Source of the DNA: Pseudomonadota bacterium
GTDB taxonomy: Bacteria > Pseudomonadota > Alphaproteobacteria > Caulobacterales > Hyphomonadaceae
Reading direction: 5' to 3'
DNA length: 64,000 bases
NCBI GenBank assembly: GCA_039191105.1
Contig: JBCCXW010000001.1
Coordinates: forward strand, 23,353 to 87,352
In this document: piece by piece, positions 9,390 to 19,742 of the stretch
Layout: the number at the start of each line of letters is the position of its first letter
Position numbering within the stretch: the first letter of the stretch is position 1
The notes under the pieces: model-generated
The model's database searches: none
Seen by the model: the letters and a program-made list of their open reading frames with translations, nothing else
Told to the model about the DNA's origin: nothing
Made by a program: the position numbers and the translations under genes

Positions 9390-9555
9390 GCCGTCTCGCA
9401 AGCGCTTGCAAGGATTGGCAGGCTTTTGGAAAGCGGACCCGGAGGGCAAGATTAAAGGGTTGGCGCCCTCGGGCTCCTAACACATTGTCTGCACATCTTT
9501 TTTCTGGCGCCTCTTGCAAAACCTTGTGGCGGCTTGCCTCTGAAGAATTCAAGGG
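9390..9555. other. Candidate ICE oriT
   Basis: Between traF and relaxase; minus strand TAATCTTG^CCC (plus 9444-9454) resembles the MOB_P nick motif TATCCTG^CCC; GAGGGC/GCCCTC inverted repeat. Confidence 0.5.
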
Positions 9556-11529
9556 ATGCCCGAGCCTTATGAGGGCGCCAGCGATTCAGCCCAGTCGATG
9601 AGCGATGATGTTCCGTTCACGCCGCGTCTCGGCAAACCCCGCGACATTGGTCGGTCCGGCGGGCGGCGGTTTAAGAAGCAGCTGAAACGCGCTGCAGCGC
9701 GTCTGTCAGCGAGCGGAGCTCGCAAGGCATTTTCGGGTGCGCATATAGGACGCGGTAGCGCGGCGGGTCGGGCTGCTTCATTTCGACGTCACCCCTTCGC
9801 CAAATTCCGAATGCGCCGGGTGATCATCAAAACCCATATCGCCCGCGCCGGAAAAGGTATCGGCCAAGCAGCATTCAAGGCCCACCTGAAATACATCCAA
9901 AGGGATGGTGTTGATCGTGATGGCCACGGTGGTGCTCTATACAGCGCAGACCGTGACCATGGTGATGATCGCGACTTCATCGCGCGAAGTGAAGATGATC
10001 GTCATCAGTTTCGGGCGATCGTGTCGCCTGAAGACGCTGACCAACTCGGCGACTTGAAAGAGAATACGCGCGCGCTGATGGCGCAGATGGAGAAAGACCT
10101 CGGCACCAAGCTCGATTGGGTCGCCGTCGATCATCATAATACTGGCCATCCGCATACCCATATTGTCATTCGCGGAAAGGATGCGCGCGGAAAGGACCTG
10201 GTGATCGCGAGGGAATACCTGACCAACGGGATGCGCCAGCGCGCGAGCGATATCGTTACAGAACGCCTGGGACCAAGGCGTGATCTGGAGATTGCGCAAA
10301 CCCAGGCAAAGGAGGTGGACGCCGATCGGTTCACTCGCATCGACCGACGCCTCGCTCGGGACGCAACAGATAATATCGTCCAACTCCAGCGCGAAGACAC
10401 CGCACACGGACGCTTCGAGCAAACACTAACTCGCCGACGCTTGCAGCACCTTGAGAGGCTTCATCTTGCCGAGTCAAACGATGCATCCGGGTGGCGTCTG
10501 AAAGACGGCTGGCAAGACACGCTTCGTATGATGGGCAACAAAGGCGATAAGACTAGAGAACTCGCCGCTGCCAGCCGGGATGGTTTTCAAGGCCCCCGGG
10601 CCATATTCGAACCGTCAGTCTCAAAGCAAAAAACCATACTCGGGCGCGTCGTAGGTGACGGCCCTGAAAACGAGCTTCAGGATCGTCGCTATCTGATTGT
10701 CGATGGCGTTGATGGAACACGCTGGCATGTTTCAATCGGGAACCGCCTGCCAGGAACACTTCCGCCGTCTGACGCCATCGTAGAAGTGACAGCCCTGCCA
10801 CCGAGAGCGCGCCGGGCGGATCACATTATAGCGCGCATCGCGACGCTGAATGGGGGCACATATTCGGATGATCTGCATACGGAGGCTGATCCTACAGCCA
10901 GGACTGAGTATCGCCGCGCCCATGTTCGACGATTAGAAGCCCTGCGCCGAGCCGGAATTGTCAGTCGCGATAGAGACGGAAAGTTCCATATTCCGAGTGA
11001 TTATCTCGACCGCGCGGCAGCCTTCGAAGCAACGCGTAGTGGGAGCGTCAATCTGGAAGTCAAATCCTGGATCGGTCTTAGCGATCAGATTGAGCGCCAC
11101 GCACCAACCTGGCTGGACGATGTCAGCAGCGTCGACAATTGGCACTCTGGCTTCGGGTGTGACGCTGCAAACGCCAAGGCAGCCCGCAACCATTTTCTGC
11201 ATGATAAGGGATGGGCTACGCCGGACGGGGGGCTTGATGCGGATCAGAGGCGACGGCTCGCGACAAGTGAACTGACCCGCGCAGCGCAGGCGCATTCGGG
11301 CAGCGGTGCTTATGTTCCTTTGCCCGAGGGGACGAGATTTGAGGGCCTCTACGAGCGATCCATTAATCTGGCTCAGGGCCGCTTTGCTGTCATCGCAAAG
11401 TCGAAGGAGTTCACGCTGGTACCTTGGCGACCGGAACTGGAACGCCATCGCGGGGCCTCATTCAATTTTCGAAAGACCGCAGGCGGTATCGACTGGACGG
11501 TCGGCAAGACCCGCGGGATTGGGCGGTAA
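9556..11529 (+). CDS. VirD2-like relaxase with DUF3363 (RlxS-like)
   Basis: HLKYIQRDG (catalytic Tyr), HQFRAIVSPED, WVAVDHHNTGHPHTHIVIRG (3H); possible start 9598. Confidence 0.92.
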   Translation: MPEPYEGASDSAQSMSDDVPFTPRLGKPRDIGRSGGRRFKKQLKRAAARLSASGARKAFSGAHIGRGSAAGRAASFRRHPFAKFRMRRVIIKTHIARAGKGIGQAAFKAHLKYIQRDGVDRDGHGGALYSADRDHGDDRDFIARSEDDRHQFRAIVSPEDADQLGDLKENTRALMAQMEKDLGTKLDWVAVDHHNTGHPHTHIVIRGKDARGKDLVIAREYLTNGMRQRASDIVTERLGPRRDLEIAQTQAKEVDADRFTRIDRRLARDATDNIVQLQREDTAHGRFEQTLTRRRLQHLERLHLAESNDASGWRLKDGWQDTLRMMGNKGDKTRELAAASRDGFQGPRAIFEPSVSKQKTILGRVVGDGPENELQDRRYLIVDGVDGTRWHVSIGNRLPGTLPPSDAIVEVTALPPRARRADHIIARIATLNGGTYSDDLHTEADPTARTEYRRAHVRRLEALRRAGIVSRDRDGKFHIPSDYLDRAAAFEATRSGSVNLEVKSWIGLSDQIERHAPTWLDDVSSVDNWHSGFGCDAANAKAARNHFLHDKGWATPDGGLDADQRRRLATSELTRAAQAHSGSGAYVPLPEGTRFEGLYERSINLAQGRFAVIAKSKEFTLVPWRPELERHRGASFNFRKTAGGIDWTVGKTRGIGR

Positions 11530-11663
11530 ATTGGCTTGTAGCTCTCAGTGGCAACAACCAGCTATTCGCCAAGTTTGCGGAAGCTTGCGAGTTTCCGAAC
11601 TAGCCCAAAGTGAAATCTCTTCCGATGCTTTAATCTGAGTCTTACTTGGATTGGAGTTCTTGG

Positions 11664-13634
11664 ATGACGGGCACGAAGTTTCTGATTGGTACTATCGCGC
11701 TCGTTTTTACTGTCATCGTCCTGACTGTATGGGGTGCGACCCAATGGACTGCACATGAGCTGGCTTATCAGCCAGCGCTTGGAATGCCTTGGTTCCATTG
11801 GAATGAAACGCCCATTTACCGACCTTGGCGACTGTTCCAGTGGTGGTATGCCTATGAAGCATACGCGCCTGGCGTATTCACTAAAGCAGGTCTCATGGCG
11901 ACAGGCGGTGGCGTGGTTGGCGCTGCCGTGGCTGTTATTGGATCATTGCTCCGAGCACGAACCCAGAAGCATGTGACGACCTATGGGTCAGCACGCTGGG
12001 CAACACGTCAGGATGTGCGCCAAGCCGGACTATATTGCGACGACGGAGTTTTTTTAGGGCAGAAATCAGGCAACTACCTCCGCCATGACGGCCCTGAACA
12101 TGTCATGGCGTTTGCGCCAACGCGCTCGGGTAAAGGTGTTGGTCTTGTCATTCCGTCTCTTCTGAGCTGGACCGGCAGCGCGGTTGTTCATGACATCAAG
12201 GGCGAGAACTGGGATCTGACAAGCGGCTGGCGGTCACGCTTTTCGCATTGTCTGCTGTTCGACCCAACCAATGCTGAGTCTGTGCGGTACAATCCTCTCC
12301 TGGAAGTGCGGCGCGGCGAGAACGAAATTCGCGATGTTCAGAATATCGCAGACATTCTCGTCGATCCCGAAGGTTCGCTTGAGCGCCGCAATCACTGGGA
12401 AAAAACAGGGCACGCACTGCTTGTCGGCGTGATCCTACATGTTCTTTATGCAGAAGAGGAAAAAACGCTTTGCGCCTGCGCGCGCTTTCTCTCTGATCCT
12501 CGCCGATCCTTTGAGACCACACTCAGCGTTATGATGAAGACGCAACATCTCAGCAGCGAACCCCATCCCGTCGTCGCACAAGCTGCCCGTGAGCTTATCA
12601 ATAAATCGGAGAATGAGCGCTCAGGCGTTCTCTCAACCGCAATGAGTTTTCTCGGCCTTTATCGCGACCCGGTTATTGCACGGGCGACGGCAGCCAGCGA
12701 TTGGCGTATTGCTGATCTGGTCGATGCGGCCAGGCCTTGTTCGCTCTATCTGGTCGTACCGCCGTCTGATATTTCTAGAACGAAGCCACTAGTACGTTTG
12801 ATCCTCAATCAGATCGGTCGAAGGCTGACGGAAACCTTGCCCGATGAAAACTCGAAACGCAACAAAGTGCTGATGATGCTGGATGAGTTCCCAGCTCTCG
12901 GACGGCTCGATTTTTTCGAGTCCGCACTCGCCTTTATGGCGGGCTATGGCATTCGCGCTTACTTGATTGCTCAGTCACTCAATCAAATCGAGAAGGCATA
13001 CGGTCCGAATAATTCAATTCTCGACAATTGCCATGTCCGGATCGCTTTCGCAGCCAACGACGAACGTACCGCCAAGCGGATATCCGACGCCTTGGGGCAG
13101 ACAACAGAACAGCGGGCCCAACGCAACTATGCAGGCCATCGTCTGGCGCCGTGGCTCAGCCATGTCATGGTTTCCAGCCAGGAAACGCAACGCGCTTTGT
13201 TGACGCCCGGCGAGGTCATGCAACTTCCACTCGACGATGAAATCGTCATGGTGTCGGGGGTTCGCCCGATCAGAGCGAAGAAGCTCCGGTATTTCACCGA
13301 TCGCAACTTCACACGCCGTATTGAACCTGCTGTAGACGCCTCAAATCCCCCTCCAAGTTCGCGAGATGATTGGCAGGATATGGCGACGCCCTCTGTTGCT
13401 GATCTTCCAATTTCCGGACGACATGCAAACGAGTCTTCCGACGAGGGCGGGCATGAACAAAAATTATCTCTCGACCCTCCCAAACAATCAGCGCCCAAAG
13501 TTGAGATCGAGCCTTCACCAGAATTGGCACCTAACACGGACGATTTCGACGAAGCTGCTCGCAATGGGCTTAAACCGGCGCAACGCGCGCTCGGCCTCGA
13601 ACAGGGCGGCAACGACGCTCTGCCAGATTTTTAA
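11664..13634 (+). CDS. traG: Conjugative coupling protein TraG/VirD4
   Basis: N-terminal TMs; APTRSGKG Walker A; MMLDEFPALG Walker B. Confidence 0.95.
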   Translation: MTGTKFLIGTIALVFTVIVLTVWGATQWTAHELAYQPALGMPWFHWNETPIYRPWRLFQWWYAYEAYAPGVFTKAGLMATGGGVVGAAVAVIGSLLRARTQKHVTTYGSARWATRQDVRQAGLYCDDGVFLGQKSGNYLRHDGPEHVMAFAPTRSGKGVGLVIPSLLSWTGSAVVHDIKGENWDLTSGWRSRFSHCLLFDPTNAESVRYNPLLEVRRGENEIRDVQNIADILVDPEGSLERRNHWEKTGHALLVGVILHVLYAEEEKTLCACARFLSDPRRSFETTLSVMMKTQHLSSEPHPVVAQAARELINKSENERSGVLSTAMSFLGLYRDPVIARATAASDWRIADLVDAARPCSLYLVVPPSDISRTKPLVRLILNQIGRRLTETLPDENSKRNKVLMMLDEFPALGRLDFFESALAFMAGYGIRAYLIAQSLNQIEKAYGPNNSILDNCHVRIAFAANDERTAKRISDALGQTTEQRAQRNYAGHRLAPWLSHVMVSSQETQRALLTPGEVMQLPLDDEIVMVSGVRPIRAKKLRYFTDRNFTRRIEPAVDASNPPPSSRDDWQDMATPSVADLPISGRHANESSDEGGHEQKLSLDPPKQSAPKVEIEPSPELAPNTDDFDEAARNGLKPAQRALGLEQGGNDALPDF

Positions 13635-13635
13635 G

Positions 13636-14061
13636 ATGCCGAAGCCGCGTGTGAATATCCGTCTCAGTCATGAAATGCACCGCACCCTTGAGCAGATGGT
13701 GCTGGCGCCTGGCGTCACGAAATCAGCAATCATTGAAGACGCGCTGCGCGCCTATCTCGATCCGACGAAAACGGGTGGGCGGGAACAAGCCCTCATGCAA
13801 CGTCTCGACCAATTCGATCTTCGTCAAAACGCGATCGAACGAGACGTCGCCCTGTCACTGGAAACGCTCGGGCAATTTGTTCTCTACTGGCTGACGCGGT
13901 CCGATCCGCTACCTGAGGGCGAGCGTGATGCAGCGCATGCGCTGGGGCAGAGACGCTTTGAGTACTTCATCGAGCAGGTGGCGCGGAAGATCGGTGCGGA
14001 TGAGAGCTTGTCTGCCCGCGCCTTTCCAAATCCCGAACAGGAGCCGATTTCGGACTTATAG
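13636..14061 (+). CDS. CopG-like ribbon-helix-helix protein of the trb region
   Basis: MPKPRVNIRL...TKSAIIEDALRAYLDP; follows traG as in this ICE family. Confidence 0.8.
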   Translation: MPKPRVNIRLSHEMHRTLEQMVLAPGVTKSAIIEDALRAYLDPTKTGGREQALMQRLDQFDLRQNAIERDVALSLETLGQFVLYWLTRSDPLPEGERDAAHALGQRRFEYFIEQVARKIGADESLSARAFPNPEQEPISDL

Positions 14062-14162
14062 CGAGTTTATGCTGGTATGCGTCCGTGCATACTACTGCAT
14101 ACCATCTTCGGCCACGAGCAAAGCGTCATATTTGATGCTTTAGGGTCTATTTTGATATTCAA

Positions 14163-14267
14163 TGCATCATAAATGACGCAATGCAGGGTATTGACAATCC
14201 CACCGTAATGCGTCATTTTTCCTGCATAATAAGCCCGGAATGGACTTGGTGCATCAAAAATGACGCA
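14163..14267 (+). promoter_or_regulatory. hipBA promoter with three 18-bp operators
   Basis: TGCATCATAAATGACGCA 14163-14180, TGCGTCATTTTTCCTGCA 14209-14226, TGCATCAAAAATGACGCA 14250-14267; TTGACA at 14191-14196. Confidence 0.7.
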
Positions 14268-14613
14268 TAAAATTGATTTTTCAACCGCTTCAAGCGAGTC
14301 GATCATTGATACCCTCTGCACGCGACTCGATGAGATAAGGCTGAGCCGGAACATCAGTCAGGCCGATCTCGCTGAGGAAGCAGGTGTCTCGCGAAGCACG
14401 ATGACACGATTGGCGGACGGCAAGCCAATATCACTCGATTCCTTCGTGCGTGTGATGACCGCCTTGCGTTTGACTGACCATCTTGCAGCGCTATTGCCCG
14501 ACCCAACCATCCGACCAATCGAGCGCGTACAGCTGGAGGGAACGGAGCGGCAACGCGCTAGCGCTAAAAAAGATGAGACATCGGAATGGACGTGGGGAGA
14601 CAGTCAAACATGA
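14260..14613 (+). CDS. hipB: XRE-family HTH antitoxin (HipB-like)
   Basis: IRLSRNISQADLAEEAGVSRSTMTRL; ATGA overlap with hipA. Confidence 0.8.
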   Translation: MTHKIDFSTASSESIIDTLCTRLDEIRLSRNISQADLAEEAGVSRSTMTRLADGKPISLDSFVRVMTALRLTDHLAALLPDPTIRPIERVQLEGTERQRASAKKDETSEWTWGDSQT

Positions 14614-15917
14614 CTGAAACAGCGCGCGTTCTACTCTGGGGAAGCGATATAGGCGCCGTCACATGGGTGCCTGACCGAGGTGTCGGCGTATTCCAATACG
14701 CACCCGATTTTGCGCGCTCAGGGATCGAAGTCTCTCCGCTCATGATGCCGCTCACAGATACGCCCTACGAGTTCCCGTCATTATCAAGAGAAACGTTCAA
14801 AGGCTTGCCAGGCATGCTGGCCGATAGCCTACCGGACAAATTCGGTAACACACTGATTAACGCCTGGCTCTCTCGGCAGAGCCGCGATCCAAGCAGCTTC
14901 ACGCCAGTCGAGCGCCTTTGCTATACTGGCACGCGCGGCATTGGGGCGCTTGAATTCAAACCGCGCCTCGCGGAAGCGACAACTTCCGCACGTAAAATCG
15001 AAATCGAATCCCTGGTGAGACTAGCCAACCGCGTTCTAGACGACAGGATTGCGCTCGAAGGTAAATTTACGGGCGACAACGATCAGCGCGTCATTGAGGA
15101 CATTCTCCGTGTCGGGACGTCTGCGGGCGGCGCCCGCGCCAAAGCCGTGTTGGCCTGGAACGAAGCCACACAAGAATTTCGGTCTGGGCAAGCGCCGGCC
15201 ACAAAGGGTTTCGGCCAGTGGCTGATGAAGTTCGATGGCGTTACCGGAAACAAAGACAAAGAAATCGCCGACCCTCAAGGATTCGGGCGCATCGAATATG
15301 CGTACTATCTCATGGCAAAGGCTGCTGGCGTTGAAATGAATGAGTGCCGCCTTCACGAAGAAGGCGGACGCGCGCATTTCATGACGAAGCGTTTTGATCG
15401 GACGCAAGATGGCGACAAACTTCATATGCAGTCATTCGGCGCAATGATGCATTATGACTTCAATGTTGCTGGTGCTTACGCCTACGAACAAGCGCTCCAA
15501 ACTATCCGTCGATTGCGGTTGCCGAGAAGTGATACCGAGCAGCAGGTTCGGCGAGCCTATTTGAACATACTCGCGCGTAATCAGGATGATCACGTCAAGA
15601 ACATTGCATTCTTGATGAACCGCAAAGGCGAATGGCGTCTTTCACCAGCATTCGACGTTGCCTACTCATACAATCCGACCGGAGCTTGGACCAGCCAACA
15701 CCAGATGAGTTTGGCTGGAAAACGGGACGAATTCTCAATCGATGATCTCATCGAGTTTGCGGGTGTCGGAGACGTCAAAAAAGCCAGAGCGAAGAGTATT
15801 CTGTCTGAGGTCTCCAATGCTGTTGCAGACTGGGAGACATTCGCGCGTGAAGCCGACATCCCTGACAGCGATATAGACCGGATTATGAAAACGCACCGCC
15901 GCGAATTGTTCGTCTAG
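14610..15917 (+). CDS. hipA: HipA-family Ser/Thr kinase toxin
   Basis: LADSLPDKFG N-terminal domain; SAGGARAK; NQDDHVKN; LSPAFD. Confidence 0.93.
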   Translation: MTETARVLLWGSDIGAVTWVPDRGVGVFQYAPDFARSGIEVSPLMMPLTDTPYEFPSLSRETFKGLPGMLADSLPDKFGNTLINAWLSRQSRDPSSFTPVERLCYTGTRGIGALEFKPRLAEATTSARKIEIESLVRLANRVLDDRIALEGKFTGDNDQRVIEDILRVGTSAGGARAKAVLAWNEATQEFRSGQAPATKGFGQWLMKFDGVTGNKDKEIADPQGFGRIEYAYYLMAKAAGVEMNECRLHEEGGRAHFMTKRFDRTQDGDKLHMQSFGAMMHYDFNVAGAYAYEQALQTIRRLRLPRSDTEQQVRRAYLNILARNQDDHVKNIAFLMNRKGEWRLSPAFDVAYSYNPTGAWTSQHQMSLAGKRDEFSIDDLIEFAGVGDVKKARAKSILSEVSNAVADWETFAREADIPDSDIDRIMKTHRRELFV

Positions 15918-16178
15918 CGACTTCCTACGCTCAAATTGGTTATCACATTTGTGCCAGTTCTCGTATCTCAACAGAATGGCAGCTGCTCGCCAATTTCAGA
16001 AGTTGATCTGAAATTGGTCAGTGTCTGGCTTGAGGCGAGAGTAAGCCGCTCGTTGAACACAGTGACTGAACGGTTTGTCTCTAAGTCGATGTCCGCTTGT
16101 GCAATCCGGTGCCGTTCTCTTGTTCGGCATGTAAGACCAACGAAAGCCGACCTCTGCGTTTTGCCGGAAAACTAGGTC

Positions 16179-16796
16179 CTACCTTAAGAAACGCAGATCC
16201 ATCTCTTCATATACAACGAGACCTTTCTGCGCTGGTCTGATCTTCTTTTGATCCCAGCATCGTTTTGCTTCTTCGTGCGTCAAATCTGGATGGGCATCGC
16301 GGATGTCTCTGAGGTAGTTCAAGTAATTGTTGCACTCGGCGATCTCTCGACGAAACTCCGGGTCGTCCTTGCGCGCTTCTAAAGCTTCCCAAGCCATCAC
16401 AGCATCATTCAGTGTCAGACCCGGATGAGCACGCACCCAATCCATGAAATCGGAATGGCAAACGAAGCGCTTACCGACTCTGTGCTTGAAATAGCCACGG
16501 ACATTGCGCCCGAAGGTGATCGTCTCTGTAATGACTGTTCCATCAGTCAGCGCCCCCTTGGCCCAATCGAACGACGGTGCAGATGGTTTCAGCCTTTGTT
16601 TCCGAACAGGTAGTTTTTCACCACTAAGCGCCGCAGCTACTCGCTCTCTAAGTTCTGCCTTGCGGCCAGAGACGGAGACGCCGAGGCGCTGGCAAAACTC
16701 TTGGAGTTCTGCTACCGGCCAGTACCAGCGTTCAAACTCATTTACATCCAAGTCTAGGCTAACACCTGGACGGATCGGATCGAGGTCGTCGTTCAT
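16179..16796 (-). CDS. SAP-like/DUF6434-domain protein
   Basis: WYWPVAELQEFCQRLGVSVSGRKAEL (SAP-like); FDWAK..LT..TVIT; conserved N.Y..D and AKRCW. Confidence 0.6.
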   Translation of the reverse strand: MNDDLDPIRPGVSLDLDVNEFERWYWPVAELQEFCQRLGVSVSGRKAELRERVAAALSGEKLPVRKQRLKPSAPSFDWAKGALTDGTVITETITFGRNVRGYFKHRVGKRFVCHSDFMDWVRAHPGLTLNDAVMAWEALEARKDDPEFRREIAECNNYLNYLRDIRDAHPDLTHEEAKRCWDQKKIRPAQKGLVVYEEMDLRFLR

Positions 16797-16813
16797 AGGC
16801 CTTGCCGTAGGGA

Positions 16814-18322
16814 TCAGTCGAAAGGACCGCTGTTCGAACGCTCGGTGATACGGTATCCGTCACCAAGCAGCTTTCGAGCGACCTCCAGACCTCTATCAGT
16901 TTCAGCTATGGGCGGTCTACGTCCGGCATCGACAACAACATTCGGGAGAACACCGCGGCCGTCAGGCGACGGTTGATCGCGCTCAAAGCGAACGAGTGGA
17001 ATATCAACCTTGATGCCGGAGGATGGTAAGATCAGTGTACAGTATCCGAAGGCTGTCGCACCTGCTGCAGCACCGCCAGTCTCTTCGCCTACAAACTGGG
17101 CGCGCTCCTCACGGTCTAAGACGGAGGCAACCTTCACGGCAGCAGACCCAGTCGCGCCAGAGATGAGAACCACGATCCGGCCTTCAAATGCATCAGGGCG
17201 AGGTGCGCGCTGGCTTGCTCCCGTGATTAGGTGCCCGAAGGTATCTTTGAGCCGATACAGCGATTCCGCGAACGGCTCAGACCAGGAAGGATCGAACGCG
17301 ACTTCGTTGGCATTCTCACAGTGCTGGGTAGCAGCGGGACGACCAACAAAACGTGTCAGAACGCGATCATATTCCTGAAACGGACGGTTCAGTAGGTTGT
17401 CGAGCAAGAGGGAGGAGATGTCACCTCCACCTTCATTCCGGCGCAGATCGAGGATCAAACTTGCACCTGGCCTCTCAGTAATATCATCGAAGATCGCGTT
17501 GAACTCTGTTTCCGCATCGAGCTTGTGCTCGTCGAAGTACCAATCATGAAAAGAGTTGATCGACAGGTACGCGACGCTTTCGTCCAGCCAGCGGAATTGG
17601 ATGGGAGCTGCACGCGGAAGACGGCTACGATAGAAGTTCGAAAAATCGACCCAATCGAGCGCATCAGAATAGACGGTTTGGACTGTGCCTTCTTCATTCT
17701 CGATGCTGATCGAATATCGACCTCTCTCTCCAAACCAGATCGGATAATTGAGATCGAAGTAGTTCTCGTTTTGCGTGGGTGTGAAGTCCTGCAATCTGCG
17801 GAGGGCAAAGGTCTCACTGAGCCCATCACTCGGGATGGTCATACGCAGTATCTCTTGCACCTCTCGAGCAGAGCGTCCGTCAAAAGCTGTGATCTCGTTA
17901 CCAACTAGGTGCTGAAGATCAGGATCAGCGACAGCCGCGACGTAGGGTGACGCATCAATCCATTGCACCGTGTAAGGAACCATCATGCGTCCCTCACGCC
18001 GTGAGGCGCGATAGGCATCTGGTGGGAATGGAATGACGTGCTCGTCTCTTGTGGCAACAGCTACACCCACAACAGCTTGGTAGAACTCCATCGGCTCCGG
18101 CGAGCGGGACGCTAATGCGTCTATTCCATCCAGCGCAGCCAAAACGTCCTCACGCTGCCCATACCGATCGAGGCTAGGATAGAGCTCGATCAGAGCTTCT
18201 CGTAAGATCGCCGCATCGTCCTCTAGAGCTTGTTTGGCTGGCGCTAGCGCTACGTCTGGCGCAGCGCACGCCGTAAGCAGCGCCGCACCAAAAGGAAGAA
18301 GTTTTGAGTAAAGACTATCCAT
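16814..18322 (-). CDS. S41-family peptidase lipoprotein
   Basis: ALLTAC lipobox; LILDLRRNEGG; TGSAA catalytic Ser; VGEETGG. Confidence 0.85.
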   Translation of the reverse strand: MDSLYSKLLPFGAALLTACAAPDVALAPAKQALEDDAAILREALIELYPSLDRYGQREDVLAALDGIDALASRSPEPMEFYQAVVGVAVATRDEHVIPFPPDAYRASRREGRMMVPYTVQWIDASPYVAAVADPDLQHLVGNEITAFDGRSAREVQEILRMTIPSDGLSETFALRRLQDFTPTQNENYFDLNYPIWFGERGRYSISIENEEGTVQTVYSDALDWVDFSNFYRSRLPRAAPIQFRWLDESVAYLSINSFHDWYFDEHKLDAETEFNAIFDDITERPGASLILDLRRNEGGGDISSLLLDNLLNRPFQEYDRVLTRFVGRPAATQHCENANEVAFDPSWSEPFAESLYRLKDTFGHLITGASQRAPRPDAFEGRIVVLISGATGSAAVKVASVLDREERAQFVGEETGGAAAGATAFGYCTLILPSSGIKVDIPLVRFERDQPSPDGRGVLPNVVVDAGRRPPIAETDRGLEVARKLLGDGYRITERSNSGPFD

Positions 18323-19268
18323 TTTCCTGAAACCTATTCTGATAAAAACTCGGACTGATACTGATGACGCGCTCAAAGGCCCGCCTGAAGCTATCTGGAC
18401 TATTGAAACCGACAGCTGCGCTTACGGATGATATTGACGTACTTGGGTTTTTGAGAAGCTGTTGGGCGTGTTCAATGCGAAGTTGCTCAACGAGCGTGGT
18501 AGCCGGGACACCGAGTTCTTTCTTAAACTGTCTTTGAAAGTGTCGCTCACTCATCCCAAGTCGAGCAGCCAAAACAGAGATCGAAAGGTCCGCCGGTAGG
18601 TTCGCTCTGATCCAGTCTAATAGCTCTGAAAACATACCCGACGTGCCAAGCTGGACGCGTAATCCCTCAGCATATTGATTTTGCCCCCCCTCACGGTGAA
18701 GATAGACGACCAATTGACGTGCCACACCCGCAGCAACAGCATCGCCTAGGTCTTCGCGCACAAGTGCCAAAGCGAGATCAATCCCAGCCGTGACACCCGC
18801 TGACGACCAAAACTTCCCGTCAGAGGTGTAGAGCCTGTCAGGCTGTACAAAAGTTCTTGGATATCGCTCCTGAAACTCTTCTTGGTGTCGCCAGTGTGTT
18901 GTTGCAGCTTTGCCGTCAAAGAGGCCCAACTCCGCAGCCAAGAACGCCCCAGTACATATCGAAACAACGCGTTGCGAGGAATTGGCCAAATTGAGCAAAC
19001 GCTGGCGCTCAGTAGCGGAAGGATTGAGCTTTCGGGCGCCTGGGCCACCAACAAAGACGAGTGTATGTGGTGGTTCCACAGACTGGATTGATAGATCTGG
19101 AATAATCCGTAGGCCTGCGTTTGATTTAATTGGTCTCTCGCTCAATCCGACAGTCTCGAGTTCATAGGCATCTCGGGATAGATCGCTAGCGCTCGAAAAA
19201 ACGGCCATCGGCCCCGCCAGGTCGAGTGCCTGATAACCATCGGGAAGAAAAAAACTAATACGCTTCAT
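18315..19268 (-). CDS. GlxA-family regulator (DJ-1/PfpI + AraC)
   Basis: LDLAGP..VF; SICTGAF; TTHW; SSAGVTAGIDLAL; AraC HTH; ATG 19268. Confidence 0.92.
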   Translation of the reverse strand: MKRISFFLPDGYQALDLAGPMAVFSSASDLSRDAYELETVGLSERPIKSNAGLRIIPDLSIQSVEPPHTLVFVGGPGARKLNPSATERQRLLNLANSSQRVVSICTGAFLAAELGLFDGKAATTHWRHQEEFQERYPRTFVQPDRLYTSDGKFWSSAGVTAGIDLALALVREDLGDAVAAGVARQLVVYLHREGGQNQYAEGLRVQLGTSGMFSELLDWIRANLPADLSISVLAARLGMSERHFQRQFKKELGVPATTLVEQLRIEHAQQLLKNPSTSISSVSAAVGFNSPDSFRRAFERVISISPSFYQNRFQENG

Positions 19269-19490
19269 TCCTCGAAAATAGTTTATTACTTGACTTTGGC
19301 GCAATGACAAATATCCGACATTAAGCGCCACGCCATCGGGAATTGCGACTAGCCGGGTTGAGTAAGGTGCGGACCGTATGAGACGGAGAACGTTCGCAGC
19401 ACTCGTGAGATCGGAAAGGAAACGAGGTGGGTTTGGCACAAGCGGCACCGGGTACCTCGAAGACAAAGTTGAGTATCGACGAAGAAGCGC

Positions 19491-19565
19491 GAACGTCCGC
19501 TTTAGGGCGCTTCAAGTCATTAGTTCGGGTTGGCTGAACGTCAGTTTGGGGCCAACCAAGTCATT
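19491..19565. repeat. Two degenerate ~30-bp direct repeats
   Basis: GAACGTCCGCTTTAGGGCGCTTCAAGTCATT (19491-19521) and GAACGTCAGTTTGGGGCCAACCAAGTCATT (19536-19565). Confidence 0.55.
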
Positions 19566-19742
19566 CTGATTGATATAGGCCCCAGGAAGGTTGTCTTGAG
19601 CACATCTTCTCAAACAACCGATCACTCACATTTGTGAAGACTACCGAACCCTGCTGAGGGTTTGCGACATTCCGAACTATCGGAATCCCTATGAAATTCA
19701 GAGGATTGGTCCTGTTGAGCCAGCACAGGAGCCTCTCCCCCG

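Noticed and set aside
19491-19565. CRISPR mini-array
   Set aside because: Only two degenerate units with a 14-nt spacer; no cas genes.
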